DNA of 64,000 nucleotides from assembly GCA_004100325.1 (NCBI GenBank), contig SCKX01000001.1, positions 291,453 to 355,452 of the forward strand, written 5' to 3'. Every line of letters starts with the position of its first letter. Within the stretch, counting starts at the first letter, position 1. Made by a program: the position numbers and the translations under genes. Under the pieces are notes generated by a model. It was not told the origin of the DNA, ran no database searches, and was given only the letters and a program-made list of their open reading frames with translations. The stretch is from Candidatus Microsaccharimonas sossegonensis. Its GTDB lineage: Bacteria; Patescibacteriota; Saccharimonadia; Saccharimonadales; Saccharimonadaceae. Positions 20,160 through 28,915 of the stretch are shown here, in pieces.

Positions 20160-20755
20160 TGGAAACTAAAAAGACGCAGCTTGAGCAAATTGCGGCAGAC
20201 ATTCGCGAAAAGAATGTCTGCCCAGATTTGGCCAAGCACGCAACAAACCTAGTGATGGGGGACGGTAACCTCGATAGTGATATTGTGTTAATTGGTGAAG
20301 CACCCGGTAAAAACGAAGACCTTCAAGGATTGCCGTTCGTTGGAGCAGCCGGAAAATTCTTGAATGAGATGCTGGCAGCTGCCGGACTCGATCGACAAGA
20401 TGTTTACATCACCAACATCGTTAAATATCGACCACCAAACAATCGTGACCCTTTGCCAGAGGAAAAAGCTGCCTTTTGGCCATATTTACTCAAGCAGCTT
20501 CAGGTGATTGATCCAAAAGTCGTGATTACTTTAGGGCGCCACAGCATGGAATATTTTTTGCCAGGCATGAACATAGGGGCGATTCATGGTCAGCCAAAAC
20601 GCGTACAATTCGGCGATCATACCATTGTCGTTATGCCTTTATTTCACCCAGCCGCAGCCCTTTATAACGGCGGTCTTCGCCAGACACTCATTGACGATTT
20701 TTTAAAAGTGCCAGCCGTCATGACACAGCTGGAAACATTGCCAGATCGCACGTAG
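20159..20755 (+). CDS. Uracil-DNA glycosylase family 4
   Basis: GEAPGKNED, PFVGAAG, NIVKYRPPNNRDP, LFHPAAALY; ATG overlaps the pnp stop. Confidence 0.93.
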   Translation: METKKTQLEQIAADIREKNVCPDLAKHATNLVMGDGNLDSDIVLIGEAPGKNEDLQGLPFVGAAGKFLNEMLAAAGLDRQDVYITNIVKYRPPNNRDPLPEEKAAFWPYLLKQLQVIDPKVVITLGRHSMEYFLPGMNIGAIHGQPKRVQFGDHTIVVMPLFHPAAALYNGGLRQTLIDDFLKVPAVMTQLETLPDRT

Positions 20756-20920
20756 TTTGCTATAATAATAGCACTTGAACAGAGAGGGGTGATGACCAGT
20801 CACACGGTCGATCAAATTCTACATCTCTCGAACTTGAATTTATACCATCATTTTAAATATTTTTTCGAATGTCATTAACAAGAAATTAAATATATTTTCT
20901 AAAAAGGAGAATAAAAACAT

Positions 20921-23191
20921 ATGGGTCAACAACGACTCGCTACGCCTACACCAGACGATACCTCAAAACAACCGTTCCGTCACGGTAACAATAACGGTAA
21001 AAACAACAGTAATAACAACAGTAATAACGGGAACACTACCCAGCGCCCAAAACAGAATAATACTGTCCTAGCAGGTACGCAAACTCGCCGGGGTGAAGTC
21101 TTCCGTGCCCAGCGACGTACCTCTGAAGATGTCAACCTTCGCGCCTCACAGCACATCATCAACGTGCCAGTGAATAAATCTGTCTTTAACGGTTATGGTG
21201 GCAAACAGTACAGCCTTGCCGACCAAAAGAAGCAGCCACGCACAAACGGTCCAAAACTTCGTATCATTCCACTTGGCGGACTTGGCGAAATGGGTATCGG
21301 CAAGAACATGATGGCGGTCGAATACGACAATGACATTATTGTCATCGACATGGGCTTCTTGTTCCCAGGTTCAGATTATCCAGGTATTAACTATATTATT
21401 CCTGACATAACGTACCTTGAAGAAAACAAGCATAAAATCCGCGGCATTGTCTTTACCCACGGACATCTCGACCACATTGGTGCCTTCCGTCATATCATCG
21501 ATAAGATTCCAGCACCAATTTACGGTTCTAAATTCACGCTTGCGATGGTTCAAAAAACGATGGAAGAAGCTACCAGCGGCTTTGAACCTGAGTACAACGT
21601 GCTGGACCCAGAAGCGCACGAACGTGTCCAACTTGGCGACAGTTTTAACATCGAACTCGTCCGTGTAAACCACTCGATTCCAGATGCGACAGCCGTCGTT
21701 ATTCGGACTCCACTTGGTGTAGTGATTGATACGGGTGACTGGCGGTTTGAAGAAGCACCAGTTGATGGACGTAAATTCGACCTTGAGCGACTCACTGAAA
21801 TTGCGACAAAAGAAGGTATTTTAATGCTCATGAACGAATCAACCAACTGTGAGTCAGATGGTACGCACACCCATGGTGAGTTCGATATCCAAGAAAGCAT
21901 GGGACAGGTGATGGAAAAATATCCTAACAGCCGTCTTGTCCTTAGTTGTTTTAGTAGCCAGATTCACCGTATGCAGGTTATTCTCGATGAAGCCAAAAAA
22001 CACAACCGTAAGGTTGCTTTTGCTGGGTACAGCATGATCCAAAACGTCGAAGTCGCGCTTCGTACCGGAACCATCAAAGTTCCGAAAGATGTCATCGTAA
22101 AAATGGAAGACATCGTCAAAATGCCTGACGGTAAAGTAACCATCGTCTGTACTGGTTCACAGGGTGAGTTCAGTGCCGTCCTTAACCGCATGGCATCCGG
22201 TTCACATAAATTCATTAAGATTAAGGGCACTGACGTTATTGTCTTTAGTTCAAACCCAATTCCTGGTAATGAGAAGTACGTTGTTCGTACTGTCGACGGT
22301 CTGATGCGAGAGGGAAGTGATGTCATCCAAAATGGTAAAACTCACCTGACTGGTATTGGTCCGCTGCACCTTTCGGGTCATGGCTACTACGATGACCACG
22401 TCAAGCTGATTAACGCGCTGAACCCACGGTACTACCTGCCAATCCACGGTGAGTTCCACATGTTGGTTCATAACGCCGAGCTTGCCCAAAAAGAAGCCGG
22501 TATCCCCCGTGAAAACATCTTCGTCTGTGACAGTGGCGACGTGATTGAAATCACCACCGAAGGTGCCAAAAAAGCCGGACGCGTGCCTGTTGGCGGCGTC
22601 ATGTACGACGACTCTGGCGCGATTGTGTCGGAAGTGGTACTAAAAGACCGCATCCACATGGCAACTGAAGGTATGTTCGTCGTGATTCTGACCGTATCAA
22701 AAGGCAGCGGACGCCTACTGACTAGCCCTGATATTATCTCTCGTGGCTTCATTTACCTCCGCGATAGCGAAGAATTAATGGGTGTCATTCGCCAGTACTT
22801 AAAGCAAAAAGTTGCCCGCACTTTTAATGGTCGCCGTGTCGACCTTGACACCGTCAAGAAGGAAATCAAAGACGAATTAACGCACGTTCTGTACGATCAG
22901 ACTCGCCGGACGCCAATCGTGATCCCAGTAATCAACGAAATCGGCGGTGGCGGTGGTCAAAAGCCTCAGGCTGAAGGCCACCAGCAGCGCCAGCAACAAG
23001 GCCGAAATGGCGGTAATAACAGTGGTCCACGACCAAACAACCGTCGCCCACAAGGTGATACTTTGCAGGAGGAAGTCGTTCCTGAAGCTGTCCAGGCGCT
23101 TGATCTCGAACCAAAATCCTTCCCGGCACCGATGGTGCCCGACACAGAAGCAGTTGAACCAAAAAACCGTTCTGACGCCCGCGGCTACTAA
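20921..23191 (+). CDS. rnj: Ribonuclease J with low-complexity N- and C-terminal extensions
   Basis: IPLGGLGEMGIGKNM, HGHLDHIG, NHSIPD, DTGDW, CTGSQGE, HLSGHG, PIHGE. Confidence 0.96.
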   Translation: MGQQRLATPTPDDTSKQPFRHGNNNGKNNSNNNSNNGNTTQRPKQNNTVLAGTQTRRGEVFRAQRRTSEDVNLRASQHIINVPVNKSVFNGYGGKQYSLADQKKQPRTNGPKLRIIPLGGLGEMGIGKNMMAVEYDNDIIVIDMGFLFPGSDYPGINYIIPDITYLEENKHKIRGIVFTHGHLDHIGAFRHIIDKIPAPIYGSKFTLAMVQKTMEEATSGFEPEYNVLDPEAHERVQLGDSFNIELVRVNHSIPDATAVVIRTPLGVVIDTGDWRFEEAPVDGRKFDLERLTEIATKEGILMLMNESTNCESDGTHTHGEFDIQESMGQVMEKYPNSRLVLSCFSSQIHRMQVILDEAKKHNRKVAFAGYSMIQNVEVALRTGTIKVPKDVIVKMEDIVKMPDGKVTIVCTGSQGEFSAVLNRMASGSHKFIKIKGTDVIVFSSNPIPGNEKYVVRTVDGLMREGSDVIQNGKTHLTGIGPLHLSGHGYYDDHVKLINALNPRYYLPIHGEFHMLVHNAELAQKEAGIPRENIFVCDSGDVIEITTEGAKKAGRVPVGGVMYDDSGAIVSEVVLKDRIHMATEGMFVVILTVSKGSGRLLTSPDIISRGFIYLRDSEELMGVIRQYLKQKVARTFNGRRVDLDTVKKEIKDELTHVLYDQTRRTPIVIPVINEIGGGGGQKPQAEGHQQRQQQGRNGGNNSGPRPNNRRPQGDTLQEEVVPEAVQALDLEPKSFPAPMVPDTEAVEPKNRSDARGY

Positions 23192-23206
23192 ACATACTTA
23201 GATTCA

Positions 23207-23236
23207 AAAAAGACTCTCATTAGGGGGAGTCTTTTT
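23207..23236 (+). terminator. Intrinsic terminator after rnj
   Basis: AAAAAGACTCTC...GGGAGTCTTTTT. Confidence 0.75.
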
Positions 23237-23247
23237 GGTTAAAGAGA

Positions 23248-23357
23248 GAAGCGGCTATGCTGCCCCAGTAAAACATCTGCAGTCCGAGTCTATCCCGGTA
23301 CTGAAACAGAGAGAGACCCGGACTGCAGATGTTTTACTGGGGCAGCATAGCCGCTTC
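23248..23357. repeat. 110-nt element with perfect 39-bp inverted arms (hairpin family, copy 1)
   Basis: 23248-23286 is the exact reverse complement of 23319-23357; the core is shared with 47500-47541. Confidence 0.9.
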
Positions 23358-23461
23358 AGGCTCAAACCATAACCCTCTTGCAAAATGTAGTAAATTTTGC
23401 TATAATAACTCTTATGAAATAGCGGGAAGTCCGCTCAAGATAAACTATAATAAAAAAGAGT

Positions 23462-25747
23462 ATGGCTAAAAGAAAAAAACGCGGCGTCAGTCGCAAAAAA
23501 TCTGCTCGAACAAACGTCGCACCGCAACACACATTGCCACAGGGGTTCTGGGCGCAGGTAGGGGCGATTCTCTTGATTGCTTTTTCTTTACTACTCATTT
23601 TGAGCTGGTTTGGACTCGGTGGCCCAATCCTTGATTGGCTCTACGCATCTTCAATGAGCCTCATCGGCTATGCGGTCTATATTGTGCCACTTGTCTTTAT
23701 CTATGTTGCGGTAGAGACTTTCCGCGTCGAAGACAACCGCTTGCCATTTGTTATGAAAGCCGCAACCGTCTTCTCACTGGTATGGTTTGCAGGCCTGTTT
23801 GGGCTGCTAAAAGCCGCTGACGGCAAAACGACCGGTGGCTATATCGGTGACCTCGCAAACAGCGGTATGCTGGTACTTGTCAACAGCGGCGTGGCGGCAT
23901 TCATCTATATTCTTTTGATCTTTATGACGACGTTATTTATCATTCGCGTCTCACCAATCACGATCATTAAAAAGCTTTACCAGCTGACTCGTCGCGATAC
24001 CACTGAACAAGATGCCAATGTGAAGGTCATGCGCAGTGCCGCCGCCCTTGACGCACCATCCAAATCAACACTTGCCGCTGACTTCAAAATGAATGCCGGT
24101 GTCTCTGTTATTGGAGTCGAAGAAACGGACAAAAAACAATCTCGCCTCTCAAGTCTCAAGGGTGCGACGCCGCGCGATAAAATCGCTGAAGATCGGGCAG
24201 CCCTCGTGACCATCAGTGATCCTAACTGGGAAGCGCCATCTATCGATCTATTGGAAAAAAACCAATCTCCGGCTGATGCTGGTGATGTTCAGCAAAATGC
24301 CCAAATTATTAAAGCTACATTAAGTGAATTCAATATCGACGTCGATATGAAAGGCGCTAACATTGGTCCAAAGGTAACACAGTACACTTTAAAACCACCT
24401 TCAGGTGTAAAACTCACGCGTATTACGCAGCTTGAAACGAATATCGCGTTGAACCTCGCCGCGCAGAGTCTTCGCATTGAAGCGCCCATTCCTGGTCAAA
24501 AAGCTGTCGGTATCGAAGTGCCAAACCCTAAAGCTGCTGATGTCCGCCTCCACTCAATCCTTACCAGCCCACAGTGGAAAGCACATAATGAGCCATTGAA
24601 GTTTGCGATTGGTAAAGATATTTCTGGACAGGCAATGCTCGGTGAACTCAATAAGATGCCCCACCTTCTTATCGCCGGACAAACTGGCTCTGGTAAGTCG
24701 GTGATGATTAACACGCTGCTGACGAGTCTTTTGTATCACAATAGCCCGTCTGAAATGAAGCTGATCCTTGTTGACCCAAAGCAAGTGGAAATGGCGCCGT
24801 ACGAGGATATACCACACCTCCTTACCCCCGTTATAAATGAACCAGAAAAGACAATTAGTGCCCTCAAGTGGGCAGTCAATGAGATGGAACGCCGTTACAG
24901 GCTCCTAGCTGAAAATAAGGTTCGTGACATCGCAACTTATAACAAAATGATTCAATCTGGTGCAAAAAAGATTACCGTCGCTGATGAAGATCGCATACCA
25001 CAAGAACACCACAACGGTGCCATGCCATATGTCGTGATTGTCATCGACGAGCTGGCTGACCTCATGATGGTTGCATCCCGCGACGTCGAAGCGCTCATTG
25101 TGCGGCTTGCCCAAAAAGCCCGTGCGGTTGGCATCCACTTGGTGCTTGCCACCCAGCGTCCATCCGTTGATGTTATTACCGGTCTGATTAAAGCCAACGT
25201 GCCGGCGCGTATCGCCTTTACGGTTGCCTCTCAGATTGACTCGCGGACAATTCTTGACCAAATCGGTGCCGAAAAGTTGCTTGGTCAGGGTGACATGTTG
25301 ATGTTGACACCTTCGATGAGCAAACCAAAGCGTATTCAGGGTGCCTGGGTCACTGACGAAGAAGTCGTGAAAATTAGTGACTATTTGCGTGCGCAGTCGC
25401 CTCCACAGTACAACGATGAGGTTGTCAGCCAGCCGGTCGTCCTTAATGGCAAGGGTGGAGTCGTCATGGACTTTGATCGTGACGGTGATGGTGACGACGA
25501 CATGTACCGTGATGCCGTTCGTGTCGTAATTGATGCCGGTAAAGCCAGCGCCAGCCTCTTGCAACGTCGTCTACGGGTTGGCTACGCCCGCGCAGCACGC
25601 TTGATTGAGAACATGGAAGAGCAGGGCATTATTGGCCCGGCTGATGGTGCGCGGCCGCGCGACGTGCTTGTCGGCAGCTTCGATGACGTTTTTGGTACCC
25701 GCACCTCTGACGGCGCAACTGATATGAATGGCGATGATCTCGGATAG
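23462..25747 (+). CDS. ftsK: DNA translocase FtsK/SpoIIIE
   Basis: 4-TM N-terminus, GPKVTQY, RIEAPIPG, HLLIAGQTGSGKS, IDELADLM, ATQRPS, gamma domain ASLLQRRLRVGYARAARL; promoter TTGCAA(23378)-17-TATAAT(23401). Confidence 0.97.
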   Translation: MAKRKKRGVSRKKSARTNVAPQHTLPQGFWAQVGAILLIAFSLLLILSWFGLGGPILDWLYASSMSLIGYAVYIVPLVFIYVAVETFRVEDNRLPFVMKAATVFSLVWFAGLFGLLKAADGKTTGGYIGDLANSGMLVLVNSGVAAFIYILLIFMTTLFIIRVSPITIIKKLYQLTRRDTTEQDANVKVMRSAAALDAPSKSTLAADFKMNAGVSVIGVEETDKKQSRLSSLKGATPRDKIAEDRAALVTISDPNWEAPSIDLLEKNQSPADAGDVQQNAQIIKATLSEFNIDVDMKGANIGPKVTQYTLKPPSGVKLTRITQLETNIALNLAAQSLRIEAPIPGQKAVGIEVPNPKAADVRLHSILTSPQWKAHNEPLKFAIGKDISGQAMLGELNKMPHLLIAGQTGSGKSVMINTLLTSLLYHNSPSEMKLILVDPKQVEMAPYEDIPHLLTPVINEPEKTISALKWAVNEMERRYRLLAENKVRDIATYNKMIQSGAKKITVADEDRIPQEHHNGAMPYVVIVIDELADLMMVASRDVEALIVRLAQKARAVGIHLVLATQRPSVDVITGLIKANVPARIAFTVASQIDSRTILDQIGAEKLLGQGDMLMLTPSMSKPKRIQGAWVTDEEVVKISDYLRAQSPPQYNDEVVSQPVVLNGKGGVVMDFDRDGDGDDDMYRDAVRVVIDAGKASASLLQRRLRVGYARAARLIENMEEQGIIGPADGARPRDVLVGSFDDVFGTRTSDGATDMNGDDLG

Positions 25748-25980
25748 ATACGCCTTGTGGTTTTTGACTGACCCTGATGGGGTTAAAGAATCGTCAGAAG
25801 TTTAACTTTATTTTCATTTTAAACCTTTAAGCTAGGTATAAGGTTGTAAAGTAGGGCGACCACTTGTCGAGAGGGGTAAAGTAGGGTATAATAACAGAGA
25901 TAATAACTCAAGCTTATATAACGTAAGAGAAGTATAAGCATTCGGTCTGTAATAATGGATCGGATCCCAAAAGGAGAAGC

Positions 25981-26340
25981 ATGAAAGAATACGAACTCAC
26001 TGTTCTGATTCATCCAGATCTGGAAGCAGATCTGGAAACGCCACTGACGAAAGTCCGTGACATTATTAAGAACGCTGGAGGTGCCATCATCCGTGAAGAC
26101 AACTGGGGCAAGAAGAAACTTGCCTATCCAATCAAGCGCGAAGAATTTGGTCTTTACGTCTACATGGACGTCGAACTTCCAGCTGATGCGCCGCTCAAGA
26201 TCAGTAACATTTTTAATATTACTGACGAAGTCCTGCGTTACCTACTGGTCACAGTCAACGAGAAAGCTCGAAAAGCGCTCGCAGCTGAACAAGAACGTGC
26301 GGCTGGTCGCGAAACCACAGAGCCTGCAACGAAAGAATAA
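25981..26340 (+). CDS. rpsF: 30S ribosomal protein S6
   Basis: YELTVLIHP, WGKKKLAYPI, VLRYL. Confidence 0.96.
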   Translation: MKEYELTVLIHPDLEADLETPLTKVRDIIKNAGGAIIREDNWGKKKLAYPIKREEFGLYVYMDVELPADAPLKISNIFNITDEVLRYLLVTVNEKARKALAAEQERAAGRETTEPATKE

Positions 26341-26365
26341 GAGGAAATAAGGGGAGAACACAGTT

Positions 26366-26818
26366 ATGGCAAAAAGCATCAATCAAGTAATTCTGATGGG
26401 ACGCCTGACCCGCGACCCTGAACAACGCACCACGACTGGCGGCAAGACCATTGCAAACTTCAGTATTGCAGTTGACCGCGGCGGCGACAGTGACGCAGCT
26501 GACTTTTTTGAAATAACCGCCTGGGAAAAGCTTGGCGACTTGGTGATTCAGTACCTCCGTAAAGGACGCCGCGTGCTTGTCCAAGGACGCCTTCGCCAGG
26601 ATAGCTGGGATGACAAAGAAACCGGCAAGAAGCGCTCGCGCGTTGAAGTGACCGCCACGGACGTTACTTTCCTTGATGGACCATCTGATGGTCAAGGTAA
26701 TGGTAATGGCGGTTCTAGCGCCCCTCGCGCTGACTCGAGCAACTCAAAAAAATCTGATGATGTTGTGATTGAAGACATCGAAGATAAACCAATTGATTTA
26801 AGTGAAATTCCATTCTAG
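26366..26818 (+). CDS. ssb: Single-stranded DNA-binding protein
   Basis: NQVILMGRLTRDPE, VQGRL, acidic C-terminus ending EIPF. Confidence 0.97.
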   Translation: MAKSINQVILMGRLTRDPEQRTTTGGKTIANFSIAVDRGGDSDAADFFEITAWEKLGDLVIQYLRKGRRVLVQGRLRQDSWDDKETGKKRSRVEVTATDVTFLDGPSDGQGNGNGGSSAPRADSSNSKKSDDVVIEDIEDKPIDLSEIPF

Positions 26819-26852
26819 TTTTACTAGAAATAATTATGAGGAGAAATAAGAA

Positions 26853-27053
26853 ATGCCAAAACGACTAAAAAAAGATACGCCTGTCTACTTTGACTATAAA
26901 GATGTCAAAACGTTGCAGCGTTTCATCAACATCTACGGACAGATCGAACCAATCGGTAAGACTGGTCTCAGCGCCAAGCAGCAGCGTCAGCTTGCGACTG
27001 CTATCAAGCGTGCTCGTCACCTCGCGTTACTCCCATTCGTATCACAGGGATAA
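26853..27053 (+). CDS. rpsR: 30S ribosomal protein S18
   Basis: [29 protein letters not shown]. Confidence 0.96.
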   Translation: MPKRLKKDTPVYFDYKDVKTLQRFINIYGQIEPIGKTGLSAKQQRQLATAIKRARHLALLPFVSQG

Positions 27054-27059
27054 TGTGCC

Positions 27060-27626
27060 ATGGCGTATTATCAGCCGACCGATCTTAAAAAAGGTGTTGT
27101 TGTCCAAATCGATAACAAGCCTTTTAAGGTGATCGATTACAACCAAAAAGTGATGGGTCGCGGAGGAAGCATTGTGAACGTAAAACTGAAGAATCTTATT
27201 GATGGATCAGTGATTCCAAAAACTTTTAAAGGGCAAGAAAAAATTGACTCTGCCGAAGTGAACAATCAAACGGTGCAATACCTATATAGCGATGGTTCGG
27301 ACTTCTTCTTTATGGATCCAGGCACATTCGAACAATTCCAGCTTGCTGCCGATGTTGTCGAAGAGGCTAAAGGTTACTTGAAAGAAGGCAACGAACTCAG
27401 TCTACAGTTCTTTGATGGGCGGGTGATTAACGTTGAACTGCCAAAGAACGTCTTCCTCGAAGTCACCTATAGCGAAGACGTCGTGAAGGGCGACACTACC
27501 AGTAGCGTCCTCAAAGACGCAACTCTCGAAACGGGTCTCGTGATTAAAGTCCCAGCTTTTATCAAGACAGGCGACATTATTTCGGTTGATACGACAACCA
27601 GCGAATATCGCGAGCGAAAGAAATAG
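27060..27626 (+). CDS. efp: Elongation factor P
   Basis: KNLIDG, QYLY.DG..F.FMD..TFEQ, GDT, LETG..IKVP.FI..GD, VDT...EY.ER; tip loop is VMGRGG. Confidence 0.93.
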   Translation: MAYYQPTDLKKGVVVQIDNKPFKVIDYNQKVMGRGGSIVNVKLKNLIDGSVIPKTFKGQEKIDSAEVNNQTVQYLYSDGSDFFFMDPGTFEQFQLAADVVEEAKGYLKEGNELSLQFFDGRVINVELPKNVFLEVTYSEDVVKGDTTSSVLKDATLETGLVIKVPAFIKTGDIISVDTTTSEYRERKK

Positions 27627-27632
27627 CCATCT

Positions 27633-28169
27633 ATGTCTCTTCCTGGCGAACGTCTTCTATTAGCGGCAACGCTCGATGAGGTTCAAGAAGGCGAACTTTT
27701 TGATAATTTGCCACCGCACATGTCGTTGGTGCGATGGTCTAGTATAGCGGAACACCGACGCGCACAAGTTGAATGTGGATTGAACAATATTTTTTCGAAT
27801 CAGCATGTGTACCAAGATGTCCTAGGCAGCGTTAATGACTCCTATGTTATTGATGGTGAGAGGGTTCGTGTGCGTTTAATGAAACTTAAAGAGAGAGATC
27901 TGAAGTTTCGTGACGCTGCACATAGTCTAATAAAAAGTCTTGGGCGATTTGATCCGGAAGACAGGTACGCAGACACAAAGTCTTTTTATGAAGGTCACGC
28001 CAAATTTCGCCCGCTTGTCAAAGATACACCAGAGCGAAAGATTGGGCATTTCGAATCGGTATCCTTTCAAACGGTTGCAATGTTCGCATTACATGCTGAT
28101 GATCCTAGACATATTCACCGAGTACTCAGTAGCTATCAGTTGGCACACAGCGAAAAAGAGCCGACATGA
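27633..28169 (+). CDS. Hypothetical protein, possibly 2H-phosphoesterase-like
   Basis: LPPHMSLV resembles the first HxT/S motif; the second motif position reads FRPLV. Confidence 0.45.
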   Translation: MSLPGERLLLAATLDEVQEGELFDNLPPHMSLVRWSSIAEHRRAQVECGLNNIFSNQHVYQDVLGSVNDSYVIDGERVRVRLMKLKERDLKFRDAAHSLIKSLGRFDPEDRYADTKSFYEGHAKFRPLVKDTPERKIGHFESVSFQTVAMFALHADDPRHIHRVLSSYQLAHSEKEPT

Positions 28170-28915
28170 GGTTACGTTTAGATGCCGAAATGACTCGACG
28201 TGGGTTGGTGCTGACGCGCTCTCAAGCTGAGAGTTTTATTAAGTTGGGCAAAGTAACAGTCAATGGCAAAAAAATTCTTAAACCTGGCTTTTTTGTGAAT
28301 GCTGACGCGACGATTATGTTAGATGTCGATGAACAATACGTCAGCCGTGCCGGGCTGAAACTCGGCAGTGTTGCATACCTCTTGAATCTTGATTTCAAAG
28401 ATAACATCGTGCTTGATGTCGGCAGCAGTACGGGCGGATTTACAGATTATGCGCTTCGCCGTGGGGCGAAAAAGGTGTATGCGGTTGATGTTGGTACTGA
28501 TCAGCTTCACCCCAGTCTTCATGGAAATCCACAGATTGAACTTCATGAAAAAACCGATATCAGGGACTTTTATACGGACGAGAAGCCGCAGATCGTCGTC
28601 ATTGATGTATCATTTATTAGCCTTCGCGAGATTTTGCCGCATATTGCGCGTGAACTAGCCGATGAAACAACACAAATAGTCGCGATGGTAAAACCGCAGT
28701 TTGAGGCGGGCAAAGACCAAACCAACAAAGGTGTTATTAAAAATGATGGCATGCGCCGGCAGATCTTAAAAGATTTTGAAGTTTGGGCCCAAGGATTGTT
28801 CTATATTCAGGCGAAACGTGACAGTGACGTTGCAGGAGCGAAAGGGAATCAAGAGCGGTTCTATCTGCTGACGTTAAAACGGAACTCCACTACATCACCT
28901 GGACGCATCACATAA
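28166..28915 (+). CDS. tlyA: TlyA-family rRNA 2'-O-methyltransferase
   Basis: S4 domain (RLD...R.GL..TRSQA), YVSRAGLKL, LDVGSSTGGFT, DVSFISL, KPQFE, GAKGNQE. Confidence 0.93.
   Translation: MRLRLDAEMTRRGLVLTRSQAESFIKLGKVTVNGKKILKPGFFVNADATIMLDVDEQYVSRAGLKLGSVAYLLNLDFKDNIVLDVGSSTGGFTDYALRRGAKKVYAVDVGTDQLHPSLHGNPQIELHEKTDIRDFYTDEKPQIVVIDVSFISLREILPHIARELADETTQIVAMVKPQFEAGKDQTNKGVIKNDGMRRQILKDFEVWAQGLFYIQAKRDSDVAGAKGNQERFYLLTLKRNSTTSPGRIT

Noticed and set aside
24905-25564. 219-aa antisense ORF inside ftsK
   Set aside because: Shadow of the conserved FtsK motor domain, with no independent signals.
28166-28915. TlyA as a secreted haemolysin or toxin
   Set aside because: The S4 plus FtsJ-like methyltransferase architecture, lack of a signal peptide and translation-gene context point to rRNA methylation.
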